A stretch of 35,239 nt of DNA, from assembly GCA_002296975.1 (NCBI GenBank), contig DBIS01000275.1, positions 1-35,239 on the forward strand. Reading direction: 5' to 3'. This document shows positions 1 through 9,541 of the stretch, one piece after another; within the stretch, counting starts at the first letter, position 1, and every line of letters starts with the position of its first letter. The notes under the pieces were generated by a model. The model made no database searches, was not told the origin of the DNA, and was given only the letters and a program-made list of their open reading frames with translations. The position numbers and the translations under genes are program-made. Source of the DNA: Deltaproteobacteria bacterium UBA796 (GTDB taxonomy: Bacteria > Myxococcota_A > UBA796).

Positions 1-161
1 TTGACCCCTTTTGGGGGGGCGGGCCGGTCTGCCATCTTGGGGCGTTTGTTGGGGCACAACCAGCATCGGTCGATCGTTGCTGGGAGGACACCTGCAGGCA
101 GATGACGGCAGCAGATCCAATGATCATGGTCTTGCCAGTAAACTTTGTTGCTTCTGTGCAT
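1..161 (-). CDS. Partial hypothetical Cys/His-rich protein (runs off window start)
   Basis: ATG at 161-159 follows a purine-rich SD-like tract (AGGGAGATAAGGGG). The frame is open to the window edge: MHRSNKVYWQDHDHWICCRHLPAGVLPATIDRCWLCPNKRPKMADRPAPPKGV. It is absent from the ORF track because there is no stop in the window. Confidence 0.4.
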   Translation of the reverse strand, partial: MHRSNKVYWQDHDHWICCRHLPAGVLPATIDRCWLCPNKRPKMADRPAPPKGV

Positions 162-269
162 GGTGTGCCCCTTATCTCCCTAAAACGTTCATATCTGTAC
201 CATCACCGCCGGGGAATTGGAACTCCCTTTAGCTTGGAAAGCCTGGTGGATGGTCGAGCAGCCAGACGC

Positions 270-851
270 TTAAGCCGTCCAGGGGCATGGCGGTAGCGGT
301 GGCGCATTTTGCATAGATGCGTCCTGGTCAACCCCCAACCCATCCGCGACGCGGTTGATGAAATTGAAGTAGCTCACGACAAAACAGGCAGCGCTAATTT
401 GTGGGTCAGTCCAGCCGACACATCGTAGCTTGACCACATCGGCTTCGGTGCAAGCTGCGGGTCGAAGGGTGAGGGTTACGCTCCAGTCCAATAGCGCGCG
501 CAGTTTGTCGCTCATCTCTACGCGGCGGTAATCAGCGATGATGCCTTCGACAAAGGCTCGGCTTGCGCCTTCATCATGGAGAGCCTCCCCATGAGATAAT
601 GTTCAGTAAAAGCAGTCGTTCGTGCGACTGACGATGGTGGCGATAAGCTCTCGTGTTTTGGCGCTCAGTGGGCTATTTTTTGCCGTGGTCGTTGCGCCGT
701 ACAAGGCCATGGATGCCCTTAATGTGGGTACATCATTGGAGTGCAGTTGGACGATTCCAGCCACCACACCCGCCCTGTCACTCGCGGCTTTATAGTGCTT
801 CGCCAGCAGCCCTTCGGCATCGTTTGGTGCGGTGGTCCGGATCCAGGCCAT
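270..851 (-). CDS. AhpD-like / peroxidase-related selenoprotein (CxxU; Sec83), 193 aa
   Basis: Track ORFs 603..851 and 270..515 are in the same frame, separated only by TGA at 605-603 and 29 sense codons. The joined read is ...RELIATIVSRTNDCFY-U-TLSHGEALHDEGASRAFVEGIIADYRRVEMSDKLRALLDWSVTLT...FNFINRVADGLGV. This matches the AhpD/CMD E-x-I...N-x-C-x-Y-C-x3-H motif with U at the second Cys. Confidence 0.88.
574..594 (-). promoter_or_regulatory. Putative bacterial SECIS hairpin of the AhpD-like gene
   Basis: mRNA UCAUGGGGA-GGC-UCUCCAUGA forms a 9-bp stem (one G-U) with a G-initiated apical loop. The loop begins 18 nt after the UGA. Confidence 0.75.
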
Positions 852-859
852 AAGCTGCC

Positions 860-2047
860 CTACTGGGCGGCTTCGGCCTTGTTGTGTGCTTGTCCGAGTG
901 TGGTGTTTTCAGTGCGCTCACCCAAGCCTCGGGCCCCAAAAAATACCTTGCGGTCCATGTTGCGGGTGTTTTTGTTGCACAAAATCTGGAAGCAAGTCGA
1001 TTGACCTTCTTTGGCCACAAGCGATGCCCAGGCCAAGAAGAAGCTCCACAAGCGAAACCACCACTCGCCATAAGCCTCCATCACGGCCTCTTCGTTGGCC
1101 AACCAGTTGTCGTACCACTGCTTGAGGGTGACCGAGTAGTGAATGCCGACGTTTTCTACCGAGTGAACCTCAAAGCCGGCAGCCTCGAGGTGGTCGGTGA
1201 TCCAGGTGAGCTTTCGGGCTGCATCTGCGCCAGGGAAGATGTATTTGGCCATAAACAGACCAAAACCCAAGTTCTCTTTGCGCCCATCGACTTTCGGGCC
1301 AGCCATTTGCAGGTACAACAAGCCATCGTCATCTAGGAGATCGTAAAGCTGATGCATGTAGGTGCGGAAGTTCTTGGACCCCACGTGCTCGGCCATCTCG
1401 ACACAAGAGATTTTGTCGAACTTCTCTTTGGGGATGTCGCGGTAGTCCATCACGTTGATTCGCGCCTTGTCGGCGAGGTCGGCAGTCTCGATGCGGTCGG
1501 TTGCAAACTTGGCTTGTTCTTCTGAGATGGTGATGCCGGTGGCATCGACCCCAAACTCACGGGCGGCGTGGATGACCAAGGTGCCCCAGCCTGAGCCGAT
1601 ATCCATGTAGCGATCGGTCTGTTTCAGGAGGAGCTTTTCGCAGATGAGTTGCATTTTTTGGTCTTGGGCTTTCTCCAAGGAGTCGTCGGCGTCCAGATAA
1701 AAGCCGCTGGTGTAGACCATGCGTGGCCCAAGAAAGAAGCCAAAAAAGTCGTTTCCGCGGTTGTAATGCTCGCGAACGATGCGTTTGTCTTGGCGTTTGG
1801 TGTGCAGGACGACTTCGGGGAGGAGTCGGTTGACCACAAAGTCGAGCTGGGACCACAAAGCGGTCGAGAAACCCTCGTCGGTGAGATCTGCGCGGTGGGT
1901 GAGCATCTCGTAGACATCGCCATGAAAATCGACGTCCTTCTCAATGAAGGCCTCTAGGAGGTCATTGATTGGGATTCGCTTGTTGGCGAATTTCCGTTCC
2001 ATTTTTGGGTTTTTGAAGCTGACGAAATCGGTAAGTGCTGTGGCCAT
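860..2047 (-). CDS. SAM-dependent lipid methyltransferase, cyclopropane-fatty-acyl-phospholipid synthase family (sphingolipid C9-methyltransferase-like)
   Basis: Motifs HYNRGNDFF, MVYTSG, LEKAQDQK, the SAM-binding DIGSGWG, GITISEEQ, DYRD, FDKISCVEMAEHVG, KYIFPG and HYSVTLKQW. SD-like GAGG lies upstream of ATG 2047. Confidence 0.9.
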   Translation of the reverse strand: MATALTDFVSFKNPKMERKFANKRIPINDLLEAFIEKDVDFHGDVYEMLTHRADLTDEGFSTALWSQLDFVVNRLLPEVVLHTKRQDKRIVREHYNRGNDFFGFFLGPRMVYTSGFYLDADDSLEKAQDQKMQLICEKLLLKQTDRYMDIGSGWGTLVIHAAREFGVDATGITISEEQAKFATDRIETADLADKARINVMDYRDIPKEKFDKISCVEMAEHVGSKNFRTYMHQLYDLLDDDGLLYLQMAGPKVDGRKENLGFGLFMAKYIFPGADAARKLTWITDHLEAAGFEVHSVENVGIHYSVTLKQWYDNWLANEEAVMEAYGEWWFRLWSFFLAWASLVAKEGQSTCFQILCNKNTRNMDRKVFFGARGLGERTENTTLGQAHNKAEAAQ

Positions 2048-2126
2048 TATTTTGGTTCCTCTTTCTGCGGGTAACCGGTCAAAGTACCTAAGGAAGGGGG
2101 GATTACGGACAAGGACAATTAATAAG

Positions 2127-2501
2127 TCAGCGGTTTTTCATGAATTCGGCGATTTGCCCAAAAAACCCAGAAATGGCTTGGCGTACGGCATCATCGGCCA
2201 CTTGTTCGTCGAGTGCTTGGTTCATACACGCCATCCAGGCAGCCGCGGCTGCAGAGTCCACGGCAAAAGGCATATGGCGCGCCCGCAGTCGGGGGTGTCC
2301 AACCCGTTCTTCGTACATCGGTGGGCCACCAAAGCGGCCAACCAAAAACCAGAAAAGCTTGTCTTTGCTGTCGCTCAAATCGTCTGGGTGCATGGCTCGG
2401 ATGATGACCGCATCGGCTCGGGTGTCCATCAAGTCGTAAAAGCGGTCAACCAAGGCCCGAATACCGGGCTCTTTCCCGAGGAGGTCGTATGCCTTGTTCA
2501 A
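2127..2501 (-). CDS. glbO: Group II truncated hemoglobin
   Basis: LVDRFYDLM, FLVGRFGGPPMY, GHPRLRARHMPF (proximal His) and W-x2-CM-x2-AL. The TTG start overlaps the purC stop (TTGA). Confidence 0.92.
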   Translation of the reverse strand: MNKAYDLLGKEPGIRALVDRFYDLMDTRADAVIIRAMHPDDLSDSKDKLFWFLVGRFGGPPMYEERVGHPRLRARHMPFAVDSAAAAAWMACMNQALDEQVADDAVRQAISGFFGQIAEFMKNR

Positions 2502-3409
2502 GCTGAGAGGCCGGTCAACCGCTCGAACATATCGCGGTACAAAGTGGCGGTTTGGTCGATGACCGACTGAGGTAGTGCCGGTATGGAGGGCTCTTCTGTA
2601 CCGGCTTTTCGAGCCTCATAAAGCGCTGTATGATGCCCGGTTTTGAGGTAGTGACCGCGGACAAATTCTTTGGACAACTGTACGATTTCGCCGCGCTCGT
2701 AAGCCTCGGCATCCCACCAGCGGTCTTCGTCTAGGGTACCAAAGGAGTCGACGAGCACAGGTATCCGTCCTTTGCCCAAGGCGAACTCCTTTTTGCCGTC
2801 CACATGGATCAAGCCGGCTTTTGCGGCCTCGATCTCTATGATTTCGTCGACCTTGAGCACGATCGCGAGCATGGCGTCAAACTCTGACTCGCTCATATTC
2901 GAGATTTGAAGCGCCTCGGCGCGGTCGAGCATGCGGTCGAATTTTTCGAACTTGGTGGACACCTCTAAAAAAGGTTTTGGAAGCTTCACACCCTCTTTAA
3001 GTTGGGTGCCAGGTGCAAAACCCAGGGCTTGTGCGCTGATCTCGCCGCGCTCATACCGACGCCAACCAGATCCGGCTAAATAATGCCGACAGATGACCTC
3101 TAAAGGCACGAAAACATTCTCTCGGTCTGCAGCGATGGCGCCGGGCTCGTGCACGACATCGAAACGACGGGCCAATACCCTGTCGGGGGCGTTCATCTCA
3201 ATGATGTGTGTCTCGCAAATGCCAGCGGCCTCCACAAGTTTAAACCAATGACAACTGGTGCGATTGAGGGATTCGCCTTTGCCAGGAATCAGGCTCGGAA
3301 TGATCTGGTCGAAGACCGATATTTGGTCGGTGTAACGAAACTCGATAATATCAGGGTCGTCTGTGCTCCAGACTTGCTTGACCTTGCCGTGGTAAACCAT
3401 CTCGCCCAT
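2498..3409 (-). CDS. purC: Phosphoribosylaminoimidazole-succinocarboxamide (SAICAR) synthase
   Basis: GKVKQ, TDQISVFD, IPGKG, PLEVICRHYLAGSGWRRY, STK, DGKKEF, DEDRWW and SKEFVR. GGAGG SD upstream. Confidence 0.93.
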   Translation of the reverse strand: MGEMVYHGKVKQVWSTDDPDIIEFRYTDQISVFDQIIPSLIPGKGESLNRTSCHWFKLVEAAGICETHIIEMNAPDRVLARRFDVVHEPGAIAADRENVFVPLEVICRHYLAGSGWRRYERGEISAQALGFAPGTQLKEGVKLPKPFLEVSTKFEKFDRMLDRAEALQISNMSESEFDAMLAIVLKVDEIIEIEAAKAGLIHVDGKKEFALGKGRIPVLVDSFGTLDEDRWWDAEAYERGEIVQLSKEFVRGHYLKTGHHTALYEARKAGTEEPSIPALPQSVIDQTATLYRDMFERLTGLSA

Positions 3410-3448
3410 CGCAACCCTCCAGTGTGGGTTGGTCGACTAACATGCGAC

Positions 3449-4927
3449 TTAAGGATGTGTGACTCCTGCATCGCATATCGCCAGCTCTGGATATTCCGAC
3501 CCGGTGGCGATGAGGGTGCAGCCTGGGGGCAAAGGCGTTGGCAGGCGGCGGATTCCTGAGACCCAAACCGAGGCATGGGGCCACGGCGAGTTGGTTTTGG
3601 CGAGCCAAAAGTGGCCATTGAATTTAAAACACCGGACATTCGGGCAGCCGGTAGGGATGGCGTTTTCCCTGCGCACCGAGCCTGTGAGCTTAAAGCGGGC
3701 GATGTCAGTGTCTGAGGCTCTGACAAACCGAACAGCGTGATTTTTTGGGATAAACGACCCATATTGATCCAAAAACAACGCGATTCGGTCTCGGCTCATG
3801 CTGTGGTTGGCTTGGTAGTCCAGACGATGGTGGAGCATCATGCCGACCGAGCCCATAATGGCGACCAAAGCCAGGGGGCCGAGGAGTAAAAAGCGACGGG
3901 ACCGGGCGGTGAGCACCCAGGGCAGTGAAGCCACCAGGACAATCAGCATGGGCGCGGCCAAAAGCTGGGTTGAGGGTGCGAGGTGGTGTTTTGGGGCGAC
4001 CCATAAAACACTCAGCCCCATGGCGATACAGCCGATCCAGATCACCTTGAGTTGTGCTTGAATATGTCGCCAAAACAGCGGAATCGCTAACACCGCTGCA
4101 ATGGAAATCGGCCACATCTCGCCTAAAAATGGTTTTAGAGGTGGCCCGCGTAGGCCCATACCGAGCAAATGCTCGAAGCTTCGAAGAATATGCGAATTCG
4201 GCAGGGCGCTGCCTGTGGTCACATTGAGATTCTTGGTGATGGGGTCAAGTAAAGGGAGCAGGGCGAGTGCGGATGGAATGTACACCCACAACCGTCGGAA
4301 ACCCAAAGGACTGAAGCCCAAAACGCCGAGGCCGGTGAGGGCGAGCCAGGGGGCCCCGATGTAGTGGACTTGCGGGATGAGCAAAGCGGTGGCAGCGACG
4401 GCGACGGCGAGGGTTTTTCGCTCAGGGGCGGCTACCCAAAGGCTGAGGGCGAGCAGGTGGGTCGCCATGAGCAAGCCGAGTGCGGCGTATGGGCGAAACA
4501 AGGCCGAAAAAAGGATGTGTGGCGGTAAAGCGGCCAGGGCAGCTGCGGCCAAGAGTGCTGCGATACGGCTATTGCTCGACCGTCGGGCCAGTATCCACAC
4601 GAGGACAATCGCGAGCATCCCCGCTAAAAATGCCCCAAAACGACCGAGCATGAGGGCTTGTTCAGGTGTGTTCCATGCGGTCACGCTCATGCGAAAAAAG
4701 GGTGGGTGAAGCCTGTTTAGGCTGTCCTTATAAATCCAGCTTAAACCTCGCCATTTTAGGAAACTGATCTCATCCGACGTTGGGCCGCGTGCCAGGTTTT
4801 CGAGGCGAATCCACGCCCCCCATACGAGGATCAACAACAGGCTAATGGCCTCGGCCACCAAGATGCGACGGTAGGGGTGTTGGGCGTGGGTGGCGATTAG
4901 GAACATCCTCCTTGAAGCCCGGTCCAC
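3449..4927 (-). CDS. GT-C fold membrane glycosyltransferase (ArnT/PMT-like, GT39/83 type)
   Basis: First TM followed by an SDE loop, HPPFF, an 'R...G...I..VW.LAR' helix and 'S...RPYA', with many hydrophobic segments. The start is uncertain (GTG 4927 or ATG 4906). Confidence 0.7.
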   Translation of the reverse strand: MDRASRRMFLIATHAQHPYRRILVAEAISLLLILVWGAWIRLENLARGPTSDEISFLKWRGLSWIYKDSLNRLHPPFFRMSVTAWNTPEQALMLGRFGAFLAGMLAIVLVWILARRSSNSRIAALLAAAALAALPPHILFSALFRPYAALGLLMATHLLALSLWVAAPERKTLAVAVAATALLIPQVHYIGAPWLALTGLGVLGFSPLGFRRLWVYIPSALALLPLLDPITKNLNVTTGSALPNSHILRSFEHLLGMGLRGPPLKPFLGEMWPISIAAVLAIPLFWRHIQAQLKVIWIGCIAMGLSVLWVAPKHHLAPSTQLLAAPMLIVLVASLPWVLTARSRRFLLLGPLALVAIMGSVGMMLHHRLDYQANHSMSRDRIALFLDQYGSFIPKNHAVRFVRASDTDIARFKLTGSVRRENAIPTGCPNVRCFKFNGHFWLAKTNSPWPHASVWVSGIRRLPTPLPPGCTLIATGSEYPELAICDAGVTHP

Positions 4928-5111
4928 ACACCCTCAGCACCGCTGGGGCTCGCCAACTCAAGGGTCCAGGTTTCTTCATCTTCTGATGAACCCCTGGCCT
5001 AATCTGGTGTTTTGGGCCCGTCGACCTGGGCCAAGAATCGGAAATCCATCCCATTGCAGCCAGACCAAAGCGAACAGGCTAATCGGCACACACCAAGGAA
5101 TGGAGCATCCG

Positions 5112-8100
5112 ATGCAGCATTTGTACGGCCCGCCTGCTTTCACCCCTTTTCTGTGCGACAAACTGATCGCCACCGCCGCTTTGAGCGAGCTTGAGAGCGC
5201 GGAGGTCTTTTTTTTGGACTTGGCGGCGCCTTTGGAGCTGGCTGACGAAGAGCGGATTTCGTCTTTATTGAGTGTGGGCACATCCCCACAAAACCGAGAT
5301 CCTGATCTCATTATCATCCCTCGGGTGGGTACAATTTCGCCCTGGTCATCCAAGGCCACGGAGATCCTCGCTGTATGTGGAATCGACGCCGTCAACCGCG
5401 TGGAGCGGGGCATCGCCTTGTGGGTGTCCGGCGACATCTCCGCTTTGTTGCCCCATGTTTGCGACCCGATGACCTCACAGCGCATCGCCACCCTTGGCGA
5501 AGCCGCGGCCTTGTTTCAGGTTTCCAGCCCCGCACCCGTCGGTCGTATCGCGCTTGGCTCCACCCCCATCGCAGCCCTTGATAAAGCCAATAAGCGGTTG
5601 GGCCTGGCCCTCAGTGACGATGAAATCAGCTATCTGGCCGATGGCTATGCTGACTTGGACCGCGACCCCACCGATGTGGAACTGTTGATGTTTTCTCAGG
5701 CCAACTCTGAGCATTGTCGTCACAAGATATTCAACGCCAGCTGGACCATCGACGGCGAAGACAAGGCGATGAGCCTATTTCAGATGATTCGCCACACCCA
5801 TGCCACCCATCCAGGTGGTGTGCTGAGCGCTTATTCGGACAACGCCGCGGTCATTAGCGGTTACGCCGCCGGCCGGTTTTTCGCTGACGGCAACACCGGT
5901 ATTTATGGCGCACAGCAAGAGCTTGTCCATATCGCCATCAAGGTAGAAACCCACAACCATCCCACCGCCATCTCGCCCCATCCGGGAGCGGCAACAGGCT
6001 GTGGCGGCGAGATTCGCGACGAAGGCGCCACCGGTCGTGGCGGCAAACCCAAGGCGGGCTTGTGCGGGTTCTCAGTCTCCGATTTGCAATTGGCTCAAAA
6101 CCCTTTGCCCTGGGAAGATGGCCGGGCCCACCCTGAGCGTTTGGCCAGCCCCGAGCAGATCATGGTCGAAGGGCCGCTCGGTGCTGCGGCTTTCAACAAC
6201 GAGTTTGGACGGCCGAATCTTTGCGGCTATTTTCGGACATTCCATCAATGTGTCGCTTCGCTCCAAGGCGAGGAGCGGCGGGGGGATCACAAGCCCATCA
6301 TGCTCGCGGGTGGCTACGGCAGCGTGCGCCCGTCCGATGTGGAAAAGAAGATTCTTCCGGTCAATACAGCGCTTGTGGCCCTCGGCGGGCCGGCGATGTT
6401 GATTGGACTGGGCGGGGGGTCTGCCTCGTCGATGGCATCGGGCTCCCAGTCAGAGGATTTGGATTTCGCTTCAGTTCAGCGGGCCAATCCTGAGATGGAG
6501 CGGCGGTGCCAAGAGGTAATCGACCGGTGCTGGGCGATGGGCGAAGACAACCCCATTGAGAGTATTCACGACGTGGGTGCTGGGGGACTGTCCAACGCTT
6601 TCCCTGAACTGGTTCATGATTCAGGCCGCGGGGGGGCGTTTTCGCTTCGAGAAATTCCCAACGCTGAACCGGGGCTAAGCCCCATGGAAATTTGGTGTTC
6701 TGAGGCCCAAGAGCGCTACGTCATGGGTATCGCCGAAGAGAACCTGCCGATGTTCATCGCGATGTGTAAACGAGAGAACGCGCCTTATGCTGTGGTGGGA
6801 AGAACCACCGACGAAGATCGCTTGGTTTTGGGCGACAGCCACTTCGGCAATAATCCCATCGATATGCCGCTGTCGATGTTGCTTGGCAAGCCGCCTATGG
6901 TGCACAAAACCGGGGAACATATCGATGTTCCACGCACGCGGTTTGAGACTGATGATATCGATATAGTCGAGGCAGCAAGGCGGGTTCTTCGCTTGCCAAC
7001 CGTGGCTTCGAAGTCCTTTTTGATCACCATCGGCGACCGAAGCATCACCGGCATGGTGGCCCGTGACCAAATGGTGGGGCCTTGGCAGGTACCTGTCGCA
7101 GATGTGGCGGTTACCACGGCCGCTTTTGACACCACCGTGGGCGAGGCGATGTCGATGGGTGAGCGAACCCCCATCGCCTTGCTCGATGCTGCCGCTTCGG
7201 GCCGAATGGCGATCGGCGAGGCCATCACAAATATGGCTGCGGCCCCAATCGCAAAACTCTCCGATATCAGTTTGTCCGCCAACTGGATGGTGGCCGCAGC
7301 ACACCCGGGGGAAGGCGCCAATTTATATGACACGGTGTCTGCCATCGCGATGTCGCTTTGTCCCGATCTCGGCATCGCGATTCCGGTGGGCAAAGACTCC
7401 ATGTCCATGTCGGCTAAATGGACCGCAGATGAGCGGGATGAACAGGTGACATCACCTTTGAGCCTGGTGGTCACCGCGTTTGCCCCTGTGACCGATGTCC
7501 GTCGCACGCTCACCCCTCAATTGCGGACCGGTTCCATGGACACGGAGTTGTGGTTGATCGACCTGGGTATCGCTCAAAATCGCCTGGGTGCTTCCGCACT
7601 TTCGTACGTGTACAGTAAGCTCGGAAAAACCTGCCCAAACCTCGATAAATCAGAATATTTAGTTGGTTTTTTTGGGGCGATCCAAGCCTTGAATGCCGCA
7701 GGAAAATTGCTGGCCTATCACGACCGATCTGATGGAGGGTTGTGGGCGTGTGTTGCCGAGATGGCCTTCGCTGGGCGATGTGGTTTGGATCTCGATGTGA
7801 GCGGGCTTGGCCCAGACGCCATCGCTGCATTGTTTGCCGAAGAGCTGGGGGCGGTGATTCAGATTCGGAGCAGCGATGCCGAAGCTGTGGCCATGGCGTT
7901 CAAGGCCCATGGTTTGGCCGAGATGACCCATGTTTTGGGGTGCCCAAGTGGCGATAATCGTGTGGTTGTGCGCAATGGCGATGGGGTGTTGATCGATGAA
8001 GCGTTGTTATCCTTGTACGCAGATTGGACAGAGACCAGTCACCATATTCAGCGCATTCGAGACAATCCGGCCACCGCAGATGAAGAGCGTGTACACCTCT

Positions 8101-8957
8101 TGAGTCCTAACAATACCGGCTTGTTTGCTTCGCTCAAATTTTCTCCGGCTGCTTCTCCAAAACTCAGGAAATCCAGTCGCCCACGGGTGGCGATTTTGCG
8201 TGAGCAAGGTGTAAACGGCCAAGTAGAAATGGGGGCCGCTTTCGATCGTTCAGGTTTTGAAGCGGTCGATGTTCATATGTCCGACCTGCGCGCTGGGCGG
8301 GTGAGCTTGAGTGAGTTTGTGGGCATGGTGGCCTGCGGCGGGGTTTCTTATGGCGATGTACTTGGTGCCGGGGGTGGTTGGGCAAAGTCCATCTTGTTCT
8401 CCAGGCAGCTGCGGGCCGAGTTTAAGGCCTTTTTTCATCGCCCAGAGACCTTCAGCCTCGGTGTTTGCAACGGCTGCCAGATGCTCAGCCAGCTCGCCCC
8501 GATCATCCCAGGTGCTGCGCATTGGCCTCGGTTTGTGCGCAACCGTTCCTCGCAATTTGAAGCCCGGCTCAGCCAAGTCGAGGTGTTGGACTCCCCCTCA
8601 ATCTTCTTCTCCGGCATGTCCGGTTCGATGATGCCCATTCCGGTGGCTCATGGTGAAGGACAGACCCTTTTTGAAGATGCGGATCAAGCCCAAAAGGCTG
8701 CAGGGTTTGCGGCCCTACGGTTTGTAGATTCTGCCGGTGTCGCCGCTGGTCGCTATCCACAAAACCCAAACGGGTCCGCAGGCGGCCTCACCGCCTTTTG
8801 CAGCGAAGATGGGCGCGCGACCATTATGATGCCGCACCCAGAGCGGGCATTTCGGACGGTCCAGCATTCTTGGCATCCTGAAAACTGGGGCGAAGATGGT
8901 CCCTGGATGCGCCTATTCTGCAATGCGCGGGATTGGGTGGGCGACGTTTATATTTGA
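5112..8957 (+). CDS. purL: Phosphoribosylformylglycinamidine synthase, large single-chain form
   Basis: [52 protein letters not shown], glutaminase GVCNGCQML and MMPHPER. Start moved to ATG 5112 because of GGAG at 5102-5105 and because [10 protein letters not shown] resembles the enterobacterial PurL N-terminus. Confidence 0.97.
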   Translation: MQHLYGPPAFTPFLCDKLIATAALSELESAEVFFLDLAAPLELADEERISSLLSVGTSPQNRDPDLIIIPRVGTISPWSSKATEILAVCGIDAVNRVERGIALWVSGDISALLPHVCDPMTSQRIATLGEAAALFQVSSPAPVGRIALGSTPIAALDKANKRLGLALSDDEISYLADGYADLDRDPTDVELLMFSQANSEHCRHKIFNASWTIDGEDKAMSLFQMIRHTHATHPGGVLSAYSDNAAVISGYAAGRFFADGNTGIYGAQQELVHIAIKVETHNHPTAISPHPGAATGCGGEIRDEGATGRGGKPKAGLCGFSVSDLQLAQNPLPWEDGRAHPERLASPEQIMVEGPLGAAAFNNEFGRPNLCGYFRTFHQCVASLQGEERRGDHKPIMLAGGYGSVRPSDVEKKILPVNTALVALGGPAMLIGLGGGSASSMASGSQSEDLDFASVQRANPEMERRCQEVIDRCWAMGEDNPIESIHDVGAGGLSNAFPELVHDSGRGGAFSLREIPNAEPGLSPMEIWCSEAQERYVMGIAEENLPMFIAMCKRENAPYAVVGRTTDEDRLVLGDSHFGNNPIDMPLSMLLGKPPMVHKTGEHIDVPRTRFETDDIDIVEAARRVLRLPTVASKSFLITIGDRSITGMVARDQMVGPWQVPVADVAVTTAAFDTTVGEAMSMGERTPIALLDAAASGRMAIGEAITNMAAAPIAKLSDISLSANWMVAAAHPGEGANLYDTVSAIAMSLCPDLGIAIPVGKDSMSMSAKWTADERDEQVTSPLSLVVTAFAPVTDVRRTLTPQLRTGSMDTELWLIDLGIAQNRLGASALSYVYSKLGKTCPNLDKSEYLVGFFGAIQALNAAGKLLAYHDRSDGGLWACVAEMAFAGRCGLDLDVSGLGPDAIAALFAEELGAVIQIRSSDAEAVAMAFKAHGLAEMTHVLGCPSGDNRVVVRNGDGVLIDEALLSLYADWTETSHHIQRIRDNPATADEERVHLLSPNNTGLFASLKFSPAASPKLRKSSRPRVAILREQGVNGQVEMGAAFDRSGFEAVDVHMSDLRAGRVSLSEFVGMVACGGVSYGDVLGAGGGWAKSILFSRQLRAEFKAFFHRPETFSLGVCNGCQMLSQLAPIIPGAAHWPRFVRNRSSQFEARLSQVEVLDSPSIFFSGMSGSMMPIPVAHGEGQTLFEDADQAQKAAGFAALRFVDSAGVAAGRYPQNPNGSAGGLTAFCSEDGRATIMMPHPERAFRTVQHSWHPENWGEDGPWMRLFCNARDWVGDVYI

Positions 8958-9068
8958 TCGCCAAGCGAAATCGCTCAACGCTTAGGCACAGATCAAGGAA
9001 TGAATCTTCGGCCTTAGGCCTTGACTGTCTGGGCCGATAAGGACACTGTCAGCTTATAGGAGCATCAC

Positions 9069-9488
9069 TTGAGACGGGTCAGCTTTCACATCGTCGTCCG
9101 AGCCATGGCTTTTGCTGTGGCCATGATGGTCGCCTTGCCGGCGATGGGTGTGGGCGCTTGGTTGTACTCGTGTTCCATGTCTGGCGAGGTGGGCTTTAGC
9201 AAGTGTGGCTGTCCTCATGAAGCACTATCGCTCACGGCCCAAGGGCCAAGTATTGGCAATCCCGATTGCTGCGAGGTGATCAGCGTAGATGAGGCCACGG
9301 GCTCCAAATGGCTCGAAAGTGCCTTGGTCGAGGTGGAGTCCCCCGAGTTTATGGCATTGATGCCGGCCTTGGTGACTGTGGTGCTTGAGAAGAATGAGGC
9401 CACCCAAAGTCGTATACATGGCCCCCGAGGTCCGCCGGGGTGGGCTTCTCCGCCAATTTTCATCGCGAATTGTAGCTATTTGATCTGA
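9069..9488 (+). CDS. Exported Cys-rich leader protein (HYC_CC_PP / CutF-CruR-like) with RGPP motif
   Basis: AGGAG at 9058-9062 before TTG; N-terminal hydrophobic helix; YSCSM, CGCPH and DCCE; C-terminal HGPRGPP...PPIFIANCSYLI. It sits directly upstream of heavy-metal efflux genes, as is typical of these families. Confidence 0.75.
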   Translation: MRRVSFHIVVRAMAFAVAMMVALPAMGVGAWLYSCSMSGEVGFSKCGCPHEALSLTAQGPSIGNPDCCEVISVDEATGSKWLESALVEVESPEFMALMPALVTVVLEKNEATQSRIHGPRGPPGWASPPIFIANCSYLI

Positions 9489-9541
9489 GACCTGTACCGC
9501 CCGATCTCTGGGTTTTGGGTGCGCGTGTGCCTGAGACCTGT
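9485..9541 (+). repeat. 11-bp direct repeat CTGAGACCTGT (two copies)
   Basis: Identical copies at 9485-9495 and 9531-9541. Both are complementary to ACAGGTTTCA at 9558-9567. Confidence 0.8.

Noticed and set aside
5010-5035. Canonical ZMP/ZTP riboswitch before purL
   Set aside because: Only a CCTGGGC-ending hairpin resembles it; the 5' GACUGRCG segment and its pseudoknot pairing are missing. Kept only as a low-interest structured region.
4890-5111. 74-aa N-terminal extension of PurL given by the ORF track
   Set aside because: It has no PurL similarity and overlaps the divergent gene; the SD and family N-terminus point to ATG 5112.
8958-9020. Intrinsic terminators after purL (AAGCG...CGCTT) and after cusA (CCAGAT...ATCTGG, 15667-15705)
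   Set aside because: Weak stems with large loops and no U-tract.
9021-9055. CueR/MerR-type promoter (TTGACT) upstream of the leader ORF
   Set aside because: No credible -10 at 17-19 bp spacing and no ACC-N-GGT-type dyad in the spacer.
9486-9488. Sec read-through of the leader ORF TGA, which is followed by a helix
   Set aside because: The continuation is out of frame with cusC, the helix includes the UGA and is long-range rather than SECIS-like, and CSYLI is a natural family C-terminus.
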